Below, in pieces: positions 63,999-64,000 of a stretch of DNA of 64,000 nt. Origin of the DNA: Perkinsus chesapeaki ATCC PRA-425 (taxonomy: Eukaryota > Protista > Perkinsozoa); assembly GCA_013115145.1 (NCBI GenBank), contig JAAPAO010000134.1, positions 2,620 through 66,619 of the forward strand. Reading direction: 5' to 3'. A model generated the notes under the pieces. The model searched no databases and was not told where the DNA came from. It was given only the letters and a program-made list of their open reading frames with translations. A program made the position numbers and the translations under genes. The number at the start of each line of letters is the position of its first letter. Position 1 is the stretch's first letter.

Positions 63999-64000
63999 GC

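Noticed and set aside
1-64000. Stop-codon reassignment (many ORFs broken by TAA/TAG)
   Set aside because: In genes that could be fully spliced (galactokinase start, SmE, TLDc, GNAT copies, EF-hand), the stops fall inside GT-AG introns, and the spliced frames are open in the standard code.

Overview
Intron-rich eukaryotic genomic DNA, not prokaryotic. Short GT-AG introns (mostly about 40-60 nt), near-uniform gene orientation and gene content suggest a perkinsid alveolate (Perkinsus-like); this taxonomy is inference. Minus-strand genes, left to right: a coiled-coil + GAF-domain protein running off the left edge, a TMEM245-like membrane protein, galactokinase, a YccF-repeat membrane protein, snRNP SmE, an OXR1/TLDc protein with a 5'-truncated R4/Dong-type retrotransposon in its last intron, a phytochelatin synthase-like enzyme, a tandem array of five GNAT-fold genes with signal-peptide-like N-termini, a HAD (DWDDT) protein, a multi-EF-hand protein, a ~10.5 kb coiled-coil gene and a hypothetical secreted protein. 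Plus-strand features are tRNA-Pro(AGG), the retroelement, a small Cys-rich secreted ORF and an intronless gamma-glutamyl hydrolase nested in an intron of the coiled-coil gene. The strongest candidate for an undescribed system is the five-gene GNAT array (32.6-39.8 kb). It is invisible in the ORF track and appears only after manual splicing. Its copies share intron positions but differ strongly in the acetyl-CoA-binding loop, two show lesions, and two share a conserved 38-nt upstream element. All exon structures were assembled by eye, and several gene ends are approximate.
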